Virus record (IMG/VR): IMGVR_UViG_3300045988_068230
Location: 1 to 48,682 of that record
DNA: 48,682 nucleotides
DNA from: a virus
Direction: 5' to 3' (one strand)
Positions 13,583 through 23,400 of this stretch are shown one piece after another. Position 1 is the stretch's first letter. Every line of letters begins with the position of its first letter. A program made the translations under genes and the position numbers. The notes below the pieces were generated by a model that worked only from the letters and a program-made list of their open reading frames with translations, was not told the origin of the DNA and searched no databases.

Positions 13583-14251
13583 ATGCAGAATTATGAACAG
13601 ATTTTACAGGAGCTTGGTATTGAGGTTCCAGAGGGTAAGAAAAGCGATCTAAAAAAGAAAATGGACGAGAACTATCGTACAAAATCAGATTACGATAAGG
13701 TTACCCAGAAAAGGGATGAGTACAAAACATCTCTTGATGATGTCCAGGCAAAACTGGACGGATTTAAAAATGTTGATGTGGACGATCTGAAAGGACAGAT
13801 TGCTACTCTTACCACCCAGCTTAATGATGAGAAAACAGCACGTGCCGCTGATGCTCGAAAAATTGAGCTTGAGAAAACGATAAATGAATTCCTTACATCT
13901 ACGGATGATAAAGGAGTAAAGTTATATGAGTTCCTCAACGATATTACTGAGAGCCATTACCGGGAAGAACTGACAAAGGCATTGGATTCTGATTCTGCAA
14001 AAGGAAGATCTGTTGAGGACATTTTTAAAGGAATGATTACTGACAAAGATGGAAATACAAAAACAGGAATTTTTGTCGATAAACAGCAGGCACAGGCGCA
14101 GCAGAATGCAGCTAGGTTCACGACCTCCGTTCAGAATGGTAGTGGAACCGGCGGCACTATTACAAAAGAAGATTTTAAAAAGATGAGTCTTGACGCTCGT
14201 ATCAAGCTTAAACAGAGTGATCCAGATCTTTATACGGCACTCAGTAAGTAA
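13583..14251 (+). CDS. Scaffolding protein (GP20-like)
   Basis: SD AGGAGG. Charged coiled-coil protein immediately upstream of the capsid gene. The N-terminus MQNYEQILQELGIEVPEGK and KSDYDKV are typical of GP20 scaffolds. Confidence 0.8.
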   Translation: MQNYEQILQELGIEVPEGKKSDLKKKMDENYRTKSDYDKVTQKRDEYKTSLDDVQAKLDGFKNVDVDDLKGQIATLTTQLNDEKTARAADARKIELEKTINEFLTSTDDKGVKLYEFLNDITESHYREELTKALDSDSAKGRSVEDIFKGMITDKDGNTKTGIFVDKQQAQAQQNAARFTTSVQNGSGTGGTITKEDFKKMSLDARIKLKQSDPDLYTALSK

Positions 14252-14258
14252 GTAGTAA

Positions 14259-14295
14259 CCGGCTATGCAATTGGAGTGTAGCTGCTAACCTGACA
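14259..14295 (+). promoter_or_regulatory. Conserved leader element upstream of the capsid gene (hairpin plus TAGCTGCTAACCT)
   Basis: Stem ccggcta/tagctg followed by GCTAACCT. The same element occurs at 18816..18849 upstream of the major tail gene. Confidence 0.45.
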
Positions 14296-14367
14296 CCCAA
14301 ACAATTACAGGTAGATGGGACTTTTTGATTTTCTAAATAGTCCTACTCTACGGAAAGGACTATATCT

Positions 14368-15390
14368 ATGGCAATGACCGGAACATTTGGCGGCTTTAAT
14401 TTTGACCCGGAAGTATTCTCCGGATATATGGCGGAGCAGCCAACATGGAATGATGCTATTCTTGCATCAGGAATCCTCATACAAAATAAAGAAATCATGG
14501 ATTTGATTGGAACGAAAGGCAATGTATGTACACTTCCTTTTTACATCCCAATTGATGAAAACGATGATCCAGCCCTGAACAACGATGGTGAGACGAACAA
14601 CGTTCCGTCTGAGATCTCAGGCAAGAAACAGACAGCTATGCTTATCCAGAGGATGAAAGCATGGAAAGCACAGGATTTTACGAAAGAGCTGACCGGAGCG
14701 GATCCGATGACTCATGTTGCAAACTCCGTGGCTGGATACTACAGGCAGGTTCGTACAAGAGAGCTTATGACTATTGTGGATGCGATTCTTTCTCTTGATG
14801 CAATGATAAATCATATCACTGATATCTCAGAGCCTACCGGAACCGGATCCGTAACAGATGCAAACAAAGTTGATGAAACTACACTGATTTTTGCGCAGCA
14901 GAAAGCGCTTGGAGATTCTTCAGAGAAGATGGGGCTTCTGTTCCTGCACTCTTACATGTATGCAAAGTATAAAGCGCTTGGATTAGTAGACTATAATAAG
15001 TACACTGTGGAAAATGCTATTGCGAAGGAGGTCGATCTTCCTTCTATCGGCGGTTTCATTCCAGTTGTGTCCGATCGTTTCACAGTGGATACTTCCAAGA
15101 CAAATCTGGTATATAAAACCTATATGATCGGATCTGGAACCGTTCTGACTTGCGACAAAAATAACTACGAAGATCCGTATTACACAGATTATGATCCAGA
15201 AACAAAAGCCGGTATCAGAAAGCTGTATACTAAGCAGGGTTTTGTGCTGCATCCTAACGGATTTAGCCTGGATACAAATAAGATCGCAAAGGAATCTCCT
15301 ACCAATACGGAACTTGGAAAAAAGAGCAACTGGTCTCTGGTTTACAACGAAAAGAACATCCGTATGGGTATGATTAAATCAAATGGCTGA
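14368..15390 (+). CDS. Major capsid protein
   Basis: 340 aa directly after the scaffold gene. Size and position fit an HK97-fold siphovirus capsid protein. Confidence 0.85.
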   Translation: MAMTGTFGGFNFDPEVFSGYMAEQPTWNDAILASGILIQNKEIMDLIGTKGNVCTLPFYIPIDENDDPALNNDGETNNVPSEISGKKQTAMLIQRMKAWKAQDFTKELTGADPMTHVANSVAGYYRQVRTRELMTIVDAILSLDAMINHITDISEPTGTGSVTDANKVDETTLIFAQQKALGDSSEKMGLLFLHSYMYAKYKALGLVDYNKYTVENAIAKEVDLPSIGGFIPVVSDRFTVDTSKTNLVYKTYMIGSGTVLTCDKNNYEDPYYTDYDPETKAGIRKLYTKQGFVLHPNGFSLDTNKIAKESPTNTELGKKSNWSLVYNEKNIRMGMIKSNG

Positions 15391-15405
15391 TCGGAGGTAA
15401 CTGGC

Positions 15406-15903
15406 ATGGCTTATGCAGATTATGAATTTTACACAACTTCATACTTCGGTTCAGCTGTGCCAGAAACCGACTTCCCACGACTGGCAGAGAGGGCCAGTGA
15501 TTTTGTGGATTTAATGACATCCGACAGGTTGGTGGATGGGCTGCCGACAGATGAACGCTCGCAGAAGCGTATCAAAAAGGCGGTCTGTTCACTGGCTGAA
15601 AAAATGTATCAGATTGAGCTTGCTGAAAAGAATGCTACCAATGCCGCTGTGAGTGGTGCATCAACCGCAATCGGGTCCGGTGGTAGCACGACAGGCATTG
15701 TAACATCTGTATCATCTGGCAGTGAATCCATCTCTTACGCAACACCTCAGCAGAAAGCATCGGGCGCAAAGGAATGGAGTGCGGTGTATGCCGCTGTTGG
15801 AGATGTACAGAAAACGAACGACTTGCTCTTAAAGACAGCTTTACCACTTTTGATGGGAGTAAGGACGGATGATGGAATACCAATTTTATATGCAGGAGTG
15901 TGA
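15406..15903 (+). CDS. Head-tail connector / DNA-packaging adaptor (gp6-like)
   Basis: SD GGAGGT. The N-terminus YADYEFYTTSYFGSAVPETDFPRLAERASDFVD is typical of head-tail connectors. Confidence 0.7.
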   Translation: MAYADYEFYTTSYFGSAVPETDFPRLAERASDFVDLMTSDRLVDGLPTDERSQKRIKKAVCSLAEKMYQIELAEKNATNAAVSGASTAIGSGGSTTGIVTSVSSGSESISYATPQQKASGAKEWSAVYAAVGDVQKTNDLLLKTALPLLMGVRTDDGIPILYAGV

Positions 15904-15905
15904 AT

Positions 15906-16109
15906 ATGAATAATCAGATTGAGAACAACTTTATGTACCATAGCCCGAAAGACGGGCAGGCAGAAAAATATGAAGAAATCAGAGCAAAAGGAAAAGAACT
16001 GGCGTATCTGATCGATGGTATTTGCCCGAATAGCAGAGAGAAATCTCTTGCCATGACAAAACTTGAAGAATCCGTCATGTGGGCAAACGCTTCTATTGCA
16101 AGAAATTGA
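15906..16109 (+). CDS. Hypothetical small helical protein
   Basis: AGGAG lies 7 nt before ATG 15906 (the track start 15900 is a GTG). First gene of the island inside the connector module. Confidence 0.6.
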   Translation: MNNQIENNFMYHSPKDGQAEKYEEIRAKGKELAYLIDGICPNSREKSLAMTKLEESVMWANASIARN

Positions 16110-16120
16110 GGTGAAAAATA

Positions 16121-16435
16121 ATGAAAAAGTTATTTATTTCTCAGCCCATGAGGGGGAAAACAGACGAGGAAATCCTTGCAGTAAGAGAAAAGGCAATTAA
16201 AAGTGCAGAGAAACAGGTTGGCGAGCCTGTAGAAGTAATTGATTCTTTCTTCCAGTCGGCACCAGTTGACGCAAAGCCACTCTGGTATACTGGTGAATCC
16301 ATCAAACTTCTGGCAGAAGCTGATGTGGCGTATTTTGCTAAAGGCTGGGACGAAGCCAGAGGGTGCAAGATTGAGAACACTTGCGCCATCGAATATGGCA
16401 TTGAGACCATTATTGAAGATTATACGGAGGGCTAA
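16121..16435 (+). CDS. DUF4406-like (nucleoside 2-deoxyribosyltransferase-like fold) protein
   Basis: MKKLFISQPMRG...LLAEADVAYFAKGWDEARGCKIENTCAIEYGIE matches the DUF4406 pattern (YISGPMTG...GWe.S.G...E) as I remember it. Confidence 0.65.
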   Translation: MKKLFISQPMRGKTDEEILAVREKAIKSAEKQVGEPVEVIDSFFQSAPVDAKPLWYTGESIKLLAEADVAYFAKGWDEARGCKIENTCAIEYGIETIIEDYTEG

Positions 16436-16437
16436 AA

Positions 16438-16773
16438 ATGGAAGCATTATTTACAAATGTAACACTGATTCTAGCAGTAATCAGTGTTTTGGCGTTTTGC
16501 GTGTCTGTGATTACACAGGTAATTAAAAATGTTGGGTTCCTGTCGAAAATTCCGACAGATGCCTTGGTGTTTGTACTGTCTATCGGAATTACTGTAGCCG
16601 CTTTTGTAGCGTATATGCAGTATATCCACATGGTGATCTTGTGGTATATGATTTTAGCAGCTATCATGGCTGGGTTTATCGTGGCGTTTATTTCCATGTT
16701 CGGGTGGGAGAAAATTACGGAATTATGGAAACGAACGTCCAAGGTTGACGTGGATAAGCTGAATAGTAAATAA
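16438..16773 (+). CDS. Holin-like membrane protein (3-4 TM segments)
   Basis: 111 aa with SD GGAGGG. Consecutive hydrophobic helices and a charged C-terminus (WKRTSKVDVDK). Confidence 0.6.
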   Translation: MEALFTNVTLILAVISVLAFCVSVITQVIKNVGFLSKIPTDALVFVLSIGITVAAFVAYMQYIHMVILWYMILAAIMAGFIVAFISMFGWEKITELWKRTSKVDVDKLNSK

Positions 16774-16775
16774 CT

Positions 16776-17420
16776 ATGGCAAATCGGGAAACCAGTATAG
16801 CTTTCGAAAACTTAAACCGCCGCATTTTTAACGGCGTTGGTGAATATGGCATACCACAGATAGAACCCGAGACATTCGAGGGCAACTGCGAATTTGTCGG
16901 ATTCAATTACGCCAGAGGAAAATGCAGTAATCCAGAAGAGAAAGCTGTTCATTTCTTTTTGGACGATTATCAGTTTAATGCACTATGGAGGAATCCAGAC
17001 AGATATGTGGATAAGCTGATCCGATTCCGGTACGTCCTAACACCAGATTTCAGCACCTACACCGACTTTCCTAAAGCCATCCAGATATACAACCATTACC
17101 GCAAACACTGGATAGGCGCATATCTGCAAGAGTATGGTTGCCGTGTGATTCCAACAATATCATGGAGTACACCGGATTCTTACGATTGGTGTTTTGATGG
17201 GGAGCCAGAGGGTGGAACAGTTGCAGTATCTTCTGTTGGTTGCATGAATGGAAAATCAAAGAAAGAGCTGTTTCTGTCCGGATACAATGCCATGATTGAC
17301 CGGCTACATCCAGAAAGTATTATCTTTTACGGGAAAGTTCCGGAAGAGTGTAAGGGAAACATCGTCAGAATCAAGGCATTTTCCGACAAATTTAACGAGG
17401 TGAAATGTAATGGGTGGTAG
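16776..17420 (+). CDS. DUF4417 domain protein
   Basis: HFFLDDYQFNALW...VLTPDFSTYTDFPKAIQIYNHYRKHWIGAYLQEYGCRVIPTISW matches the DUF4417 signature. Confidence 0.7.
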   Translation: MANRETSIAFENLNRRIFNGVGEYGIPQIEPETFEGNCEFVGFNYARGKCSNPEEKAVHFFLDDYQFNALWRNPDRYVDKLIRFRYVLTPDFSTYTDFPKAIQIYNHYRKHWIGAYLQEYGCRVIPTISWSTPDSYDWCFDGEPEGGTVAVSSVGCMNGKSKKELFLSGYNAMIDRLHPESIIFYGKVPEECKGNIVRIKAFSDKFNEVKCNGW

Positions 17421-17799
17421 AGGTGGAACAAGCGGATTTGGCAAAAACTCGGTATTTGAAAAAAATGCTAAGGTTCAAACAATCGAAACGATTTATAGAA
17501 AACCAAAAGGCTATTCTCCTGGATATTATACGGAAACTGTATTGAGCGCAAGGGCCGGTAAAGATGGTGAAATTGAATTTGTGTATGCGACACCGGTTAA
17601 AAAAGAGCAAACAGCACCGACAAATAGAACTGTATATCTGACATACAAGGAAAAGGCTGGTGCGAACGGAGATACAGTCTTTGGAATTAACTGGAAAAAT
17701 GTAAAATCTGTATCTGGGCAGACATTTGTTATAAAGGATACTATTAAAGAAAATGGTTTTCGGTGGGATGGAAAATCAAAAAAATGGATAAGAAAATAG
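17410..17799 (+). CDS. Hypothetical protein (N-terminal GGRGG; C-terminal GFRWDGKSKKW motif)
   Basis: SD GAGGTGA; no confident family. Confidence 0.55.
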   Translation: MGGRGGTSGFGKNSVFEKNAKVQTIETIYRKPKGYSPGYYTETVLSARAGKDGEIEFVYATPVKKEQTAPTNRTVYLTYKEKAGANGDTVFGINWKNVKSVSGQTFVIKDTIKENGFRWDGKSKKWIRK

Positions 17800-17809
17800 G
17801 GAGGATATC

Positions 17810-18277
17810 ATGTATAGCAAAACAGTAACAGTTTTCAACTATTACGAAAGTGCCACAACAGGAGATGCGTACTGGTATCCTCATATACTATCTGGCGTTG
17901 ACCTGAACACTGATAGAGGGGCGATCATTAAGAAATACGGACCAGATACCGCCGACAATGCACAGTTGCATATTTTGTACGGAGTTAATCAGTCCGGGCA
18001 GAAAGTAATTGCAGACAAGGACGGCAATGCTATACCGTGGCTGCCACCAAAAGAATGGCAAAAACAGACCAACGATCTTTTATCCGAAACTCTCACATTC
18101 TCGCCAGAAGATGACTTTTTCTGGGAGGGTGAATGGGATAAGGGTATCGTGAATGATAATGATTACCCTGGTGGATTTTATCAACACATGAACCAAAACA
18201 AGGATAATGTGTTCAGGATTACCAGTGTGGGCGGCCCGTATACATTAATCCCACACTTTGAGATCTTGGCAAAATAA
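17810..18277 (+). CDS. Putative head-closure / head-tail joining protein
   Basis: SD GGGAGGA. Lies between the connector and tail genes; MYSKTVTVFNYY-type N-terminus. Confidence 0.55.
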   Translation: MYSKTVTVFNYYESATTGDAYWYPHILSGVDLNTDRGAIIKKYGPDTADNAQLHILYGVNQSGQKVIADKDGNAIPWLPPKEWQKQTNDLLSETLTFSPEDDFFWEGEWDKGIVNDNDYPGGFYQHMNQNKDNVFRITSVGGPYTLIPHFEILAK

Positions 18278-18286
18278 GGAGCAGTT

Positions 18287-18790
18287 ATGGAAGATAATAA
18301 GCCAATAGGAAAAGATGCAGATGGAAAGGATATTCTGGCAGATGCCATGAAATCACTGCTTAATCAGTATCCCGGTTTGCATGATGGTGAAAAAATCAAA
18401 TATGAGGAGCTGGGAACAGACAGCGGAATTGCCTTTTATGCGGATGCCGGGGCGCTGATTTATTCCGAAAAAGAGGATGTTTGCGGCACGATGCACCAAG
18501 TGTGCCAGTATCCGTTTATCGTGGTGTACCGCACAGCTTCAGATAAGGAACGGCAGAAGCTTTCTGTACAGAGGTTCCTGGATAATCTAGGCAAGTGGAT
18601 ATGCCGTGAACCGGTTGCCGTAAATGGCGTTGAGACACGCTTATCCAGCTTTCCAGAGCTTTCCAGAGGGAGAGTGATAAAACGTATCACCCGTGATAAT
18701 TCCTATGGTACAGAGCCGCAGGAGAACGGCGTACAGGACTGGCTACTTCCTATTACCGTGAAATATGAGTACGAGTGGGAGAAATGGTGA
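18287..18790 (+). CDS. Putative tail-completion / tail-terminator protein
   Basis: SD AAGGAG; immediately upstream of the major tail protein gene. Confidence 0.5.
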   Translation: MEDNKPIGKDADGKDILADAMKSLLNQYPGLHDGEKIKYEELGTDSGIAFYADAGALIYSEKEDVCGTMHQVCQYPFIVVYRTASDKERQKLSVQRFLDNLGKWICREPVAVNGVETRLSSFPELSRGRVIKRITRDNSYGTEPQENGVQDWLLPITVKYEYEWEKW

Positions 18791-18815
18791 TTCCGCTCAA
18801 ACATAACAACTAACC

Positions 18816-18849
18816 CGACTATCGCTTGAAGATAGCCGCTAACCTACAA
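18816..18849 (+). promoter_or_regulatory. Conserved leader element upstream of the major tail gene (hairpin plus TAGCCGCTAACCT)
   Basis: Stem cgactatc/gatagccg followed by GCTAACCT. Paralog of 14259..14295. Confidence 0.45.
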
Positions 18850-18885
18850 AGCCTTTTAAAAGTTATAGGCAGAAAGGAAATTATT

Positions 18886-19392
18886 ATGATTGAAAGAAAA
18901 TATCTTGCGCACTATATTGATGCAGCATTTAGTTCTTCCACTCCAACCTATGTAAGGCTTGGAAAAACACTTGAAGAGTACAGCGAAGAGCTTAATCCGG
19001 ACGTGGAAATCCAGGAAAATATTTTGAATGAACAGTCCGTAAAACATTCTGGATATAAGGCACAGGCAGATGTAAGCTCCTACTACTACGAAGATTATGA
19101 CGATTCACTCTCCAACAAAATTATGGATCTGGCAAACAACAGATCTACGGGAGATAAATGTAAAACCACTATGGTCGATGTGCTTCTTAAGCCTGGTGAA
19201 TCAGAAAGTGTGGCACCTACGGTAGTATGGGCATGGAGAGAGGATGTATACCTGATTCCTAACAGTGTAGGCGGTGACACTTCCGGCGTACAGACTCCAT
19301 TCACACTGTATAAAGCTGGTAATCGTGTAAAAGGCACCTGGGATATGAGTAAGAAAACATTTACCCCATCCGCTTCCAGCTTGGCAGAGTAA
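18886..19392 (+). CDS. Major tail protein
   Basis: SD GAAAGGA before ATG 18886. MIERKYLAHYIDA...YVRLGKTLEEYSEELNPDVE is typical of Firmicutes siphovirus major tail proteins. Confidence 0.8.
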   Translation: MIERKYLAHYIDAAFSSSTPTYVRLGKTLEEYSEELNPDVEIQENILNEQSVKHSGYKAQADVSSYYYEDYDDSLSNKIMDLANNRSTGDKCKTTMVDVLLKPGESESVAPTVVWAWREDVYLIPNSVGGDTSGVQTPFTLYKAGNRVKGTWDMSKKTFTPSASSLAE

Positions 19393-19419
19393 TAAGTTAT
19401 TAGAGAAAGGAGAAAATAA

Positions 19420-19830
19420 ATGGCAAAGCAGATACAGACCAGCGTAAAGCAGGCCGAATACGAGTTTCTTGATTCTGATGGAGGAATCCTTTTTACTCTC
19501 CGCTTCAACCCGGATCTCGATATCGCAAGGAGATACGAGAAAACAGTTGACTTTCTGAACAACATGTTTGAGGGGCAGGACGAGAAAGATGTTGACGCTT
19601 TTTTTGCGAAGAGTGATGAACTGAAAGAGCAATTAAATGAGATGTTTGGCTCAGATATTTCCACACCAATTTTCTCAGTAATGAATCCGTTTACGCCACT
19701 TGAAAACGGAAAATTCTACGTAGAAGAGATCATTGAAAAGCTGGGGCAGATCGTAGAATCAGAACTTGATGTGCGTGTTAAAAGGGTACAGAGCCGACAG
19801 AGCAAGTATACGGCAAAGTACCATAATTAA
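19420..19830 (+). CDS. Tail assembly chaperone
   Basis: 136-aa acidic protein between the major tail protein and the tape measure. Confidence 0.65.
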   Translation: MAKQIQTSVKQAEYEFLDSDGGILFTLRFNPDLDIARRYEKTVDFLNNMFEGQDEKDVDAFFAKSDELKEQLNEMFGSDISTPIFSVMNPFTPLENGKFYVEEIIEKLGQIVESELDVRVKRVQSRQSKYTAKYHN

Positions 19831-20414
19831 TGAACCCGTGGGAGCTTCCCACTTCGATTAATGTTGATGGAACTGAATATGCTATAAGAACGGATTTCCG
19901 GGCTGTTTTGGACGTGCTGACGGCCACAAGCGACCCGGATTTGTTTTTGCTAGATGCTTCCGAAAGAGAAAAAACATGGGTAAAAATGGACACCATCTTG
20001 AAGATCATGGTGATTGATTATGATAATCTCCCAGTAGAAAAATACGGGGAAGCATGTGAGAAAATCATAGAATTTATCGACTGCGGAATGCGTGATGATG
20101 GAGTTAAGAAACCGCATACTATGGACTGGCAACAAGATGCACAGATCATCATTCCAGCAATCAATAGGGTGCAGGGAACAGAGATCCGTTCTTTAAAATA
20201 CCTGCACTGGTGGACTTTCTTCGGGGCATATATGGAGATCGGAGAGTGCCTATTTTCACAGGTGATACATATCCGGCAAAAAAAGATGAAGCATCAAAAG
20301 TTAGAGAAGTGGGAAAACGATTTTTACAATTCAAACAAAAATATCATAGATCTCAAAAAGCAACTCAGTGAAGAACAAAGAGAGGAAATTGCAAACCTTG
20401 AAAAGTGGCTGTAG
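19830..20414 (+). CDS. Gp15-family tail assembly protein
   Basis: PTSINVDGTEYAIRTDFRAVLDVL is typical of the Phage_Gp15 family. The start overlaps the upstream stop (TAATG). Confidence 0.7.
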   Translation: MNPWELPTSINVDGTEYAIRTDFRAVLDVLTATSDPDLFLLDASEREKTWVKMDTILKIMVIDYDNLPVEKYGEACEKIIEFIDCGMRDDGVKKPHTMDWQQDAQIIIPAINRVQGTEIRSLKYLHWWTFFGAYMEIGECLFSQVIHIRQKKMKHQKLEKWENDFYNSNKNIIDLKKQLSEEQREEIANLEKWL

Positions 20415-20425
20415 GAGGTGATTAC

Positions 20426-23400
20426 ATGGCCGACGGAAGCGTTGTTATTGATACCAAGATTGATACAAGCGGTGTAGAAAAGGGAATGGAGGACATTGAA
20501 AAAACCTTAGTAAGCATAGCAGAGAATGTAAAATCCATTTCTGAAAATTTTGAAAAAATGATAAATGGATTAACAAGCGGATCGGGAACCGCAAATAATT
20601 CCGTATCAAATCTTAATAAAAATCTTGAGAAAACAGCAGAATCCGGAAAAAAAGCAGCCAAAGAAGTAAAAAAAGCTTTTGATCCAAAAGATATATCCAG
20701 ATTAAAAATCCACAGATGGAACGATGAGTCAAACCTGGTAGGCGATACCAGCGAAATATCAGATGAAGAAAGACAGGCGTTACACGAAAGAACAAAAGAT
20801 GCAATAAAAGCGGCGCAAGAAGAGGCCGAAGCTTTTAATGCGGAAAAAGAAAAGGTAAATGAACTGTATGAGTCAATCAAAAAAACAAAAGAAGAATTAA
20901 AATCTCTGGAAAAATCTGGTAAGTGGTGGGGGGATGATGAATATGATGAAGCTGCGATAAAACTCCAAGATCTTACAGATAAGGTAAAGCAGTATAAAAC
21001 TGTGACATTATTTCCGAAAGAAGAATCGGGCGAAGTAGAAAAAATTTCGGGATCTGTAAGCAGGCTCGGGCAAAAAATGGAAGTCCTTGCAAAAAAACTC
21101 AGAGCATCCGGTATTGCTGGATTAAAGAAAAAAATCCGTGATATCGGCAATGCTATATCGGCTCTGTACAGAAAACTTGCCCAGCTTGCAGCCGTGGCAA
21201 TAGTGGCAGGATTAAAGAAAATATCAAGCGGTATTTTTGGAATCCATAAATCAGCCAATAAAAGCACGATATCACTTAAAAATATGCTCAGGTATGCGTT
21301 CGGTATCCGTTCTTTATTTGCGCTGCTTAATAGATTGCGTAGTGCCGCAGCAGAGGGAATGCAAAATCTTGCCAAGTATGATCTGGCTACTGGTGCTGAT
21401 AACATCAATCGGAGTATTTCCGAGTTACAATCTGCGCTTACCCAGCTTAAGAACAGTTTTGCAACAGCATTTGCGCCGATTCTCACAGTAGTATCACCTA
21501 TTCTGGTGCGCTTTATCAATTTGATTTCTCAGGCAGTGACCCGTGTAGGTATGTTAATTGCAGCACTTACCGGGCAAAAAACATTTACCAAGGCAATTGC
21601 AGTGCAGGAAAATTATGCAGCCAGTCTGGATAATACGGCGGATAGTGCCAAGAAAGCTGCCAAAGCATTACAGGGGTATCTCAGCCCGATCGATGAAATC
21701 AACCGGTATGATGATGGCAGCAGCTCTGATTCTGGAATTGGATCCGGTGGAAAGTATACTGGCCCATCTGCAGGAGATATGTTTGAGGAGGTTCCAATCG
21801 AAAGCTCTCTTAAGGGGATTGCAGACAAGATTAAGGAACTAATCAAGGATGAGGACTGGGAAGGCCTTGGTGCCTATATGGCAGATGGTATCAATAAAGG
21901 ACTGCAGAAAGTATACGATGTAATCAGCTGGAATAATGTAGGGCCGAAGGTTACGGAATTTATTACGGCATTTACTACGGTCTTTAACAGTTTGGTAGAT
22001 CATATCGACTGGGATCTGATGGGACGTACCCTTGGTACAGGAATCAACACAGCGGTAAATACCCTTAATCTCCTGATCGGAAACGGCGGTATTGATTTTA
22101 TCCAGATAGGATCCAGCATTGCGAAATCCTTAAAGGGGGCGATCCGAGAAATCAATTGGACATCCCTTGGACAGTTGCTTGGAAACAAGTTTATGATTTC
22201 CTGGAAAATGCTTTCCGGATTCGTGCAGGAAATGTCCAAGAAAAATGATGCCGGGATTACAGGCTGGACAGAGCTTGGAAAATCCATTGGTACGGCAATG
22301 ACTGGAATGTTTGATGTAATAAACCTTACGGACATTGCTGATGCAATCGTAGGAGTTATCAATGGCGCATTCGATATTCTGGCAGGATTTGACGAGGAAT
22401 TTGATTGGGATTCTTTTCAGGAAAATCTAAAAAGTGGAATTGAAAGCACAATAAACGGGATTGAATGGAAGAAGAACGGAGAAGCATTCGGAAGTTTTCT
22501 TAAGAATTTATGTCGCACTCTCCGAAAATCTCTTACAAAAGATACATTTTATGAATTTGGTGAGGGTGTAGGAGAATTTCTAGGAAGACTTCCATGGGGG
22601 GATATTTTACTAACAGCAGCTGACTTAATCATTGGTGGATTATCAAGCGCTTTTGATGGACTGATTAGTGGTATAAAGGAAAATCATCCTCTTGTCGGAT
22701 CCATCGTTGATATTTTAACCAAGGCTTTCCTTGTAGTGAAGATTGCAAACATATCAGGAATATCAGATTTGGCAACTCTTATCATTGGCAAAATTGCAGA
22801 GAAAATTGCTGCAGAAGAAAATGCAAAGGTAATTGGAGCAGCACTAGAAGATGTTGTTGGAGATGGAACTACAGAAGCGACAGGATCATTGAAAAATCTG
22901 GGAGATGCAGCAGAAAAGTCAGGCGGACAGTTTGATGGGTTCTGGGGAAAAGTGATCAATATAGGGGCAACAGCCTTTATGTATGATGGCTTTACTCACC
23001 TCAAAGAAACTATGGATATGAAAGAATCTACATCTGATGCATTTAACGATTTCGAGATTGTACGTAAGGCATTGAAACTTCTGCAGGAACAAACAGGTAT
23101 TTCAGGAGATAAACTTATAGGGCTCGGCGGAGACCTTTCCCAGATACGAGATAACTCTTTTAATTTTGATGAACAGTTAAAAAAAGTGGCAACTACTCTT
23201 GAAAATGCTGGAATATCAACAGATACGTTTAAACAAGCACTAAAAACTGCAATGGAAGAATCAGATACTTCATCCAATACCCATATAAGTAACATCAAAG
23301 AATACATCGGGACAATGGGTGAAGAATTTGATAATGCTAAATCTGCTTTGGAACGTCTTGCTGAGCAGGGAGCTATAACTCCGTCTCAGTTTAGCGAGTT

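Noticed and set aside
19815-19835. Expected G/GT-type frameshift between the two tail chaperone genes
   Set aside because: The second ORF has its own ATG overlapping the stop (TAATG), and I saw no slippery heptamer. It is treated as two separate genes.
20422-21519. 365-aa minus-strand ORF (and several others) antisense to the tape measure gene
   Set aside because: These are shadow ORFs of a long, compositionally biased gene. They are Ser/Phe/Ile-rich low-complexity sequences with no SD, and the plus-strand gene fully explains the region. The same applies to the other antisense ORFs inside terL, portal, capsid, fibre and helicase genes.
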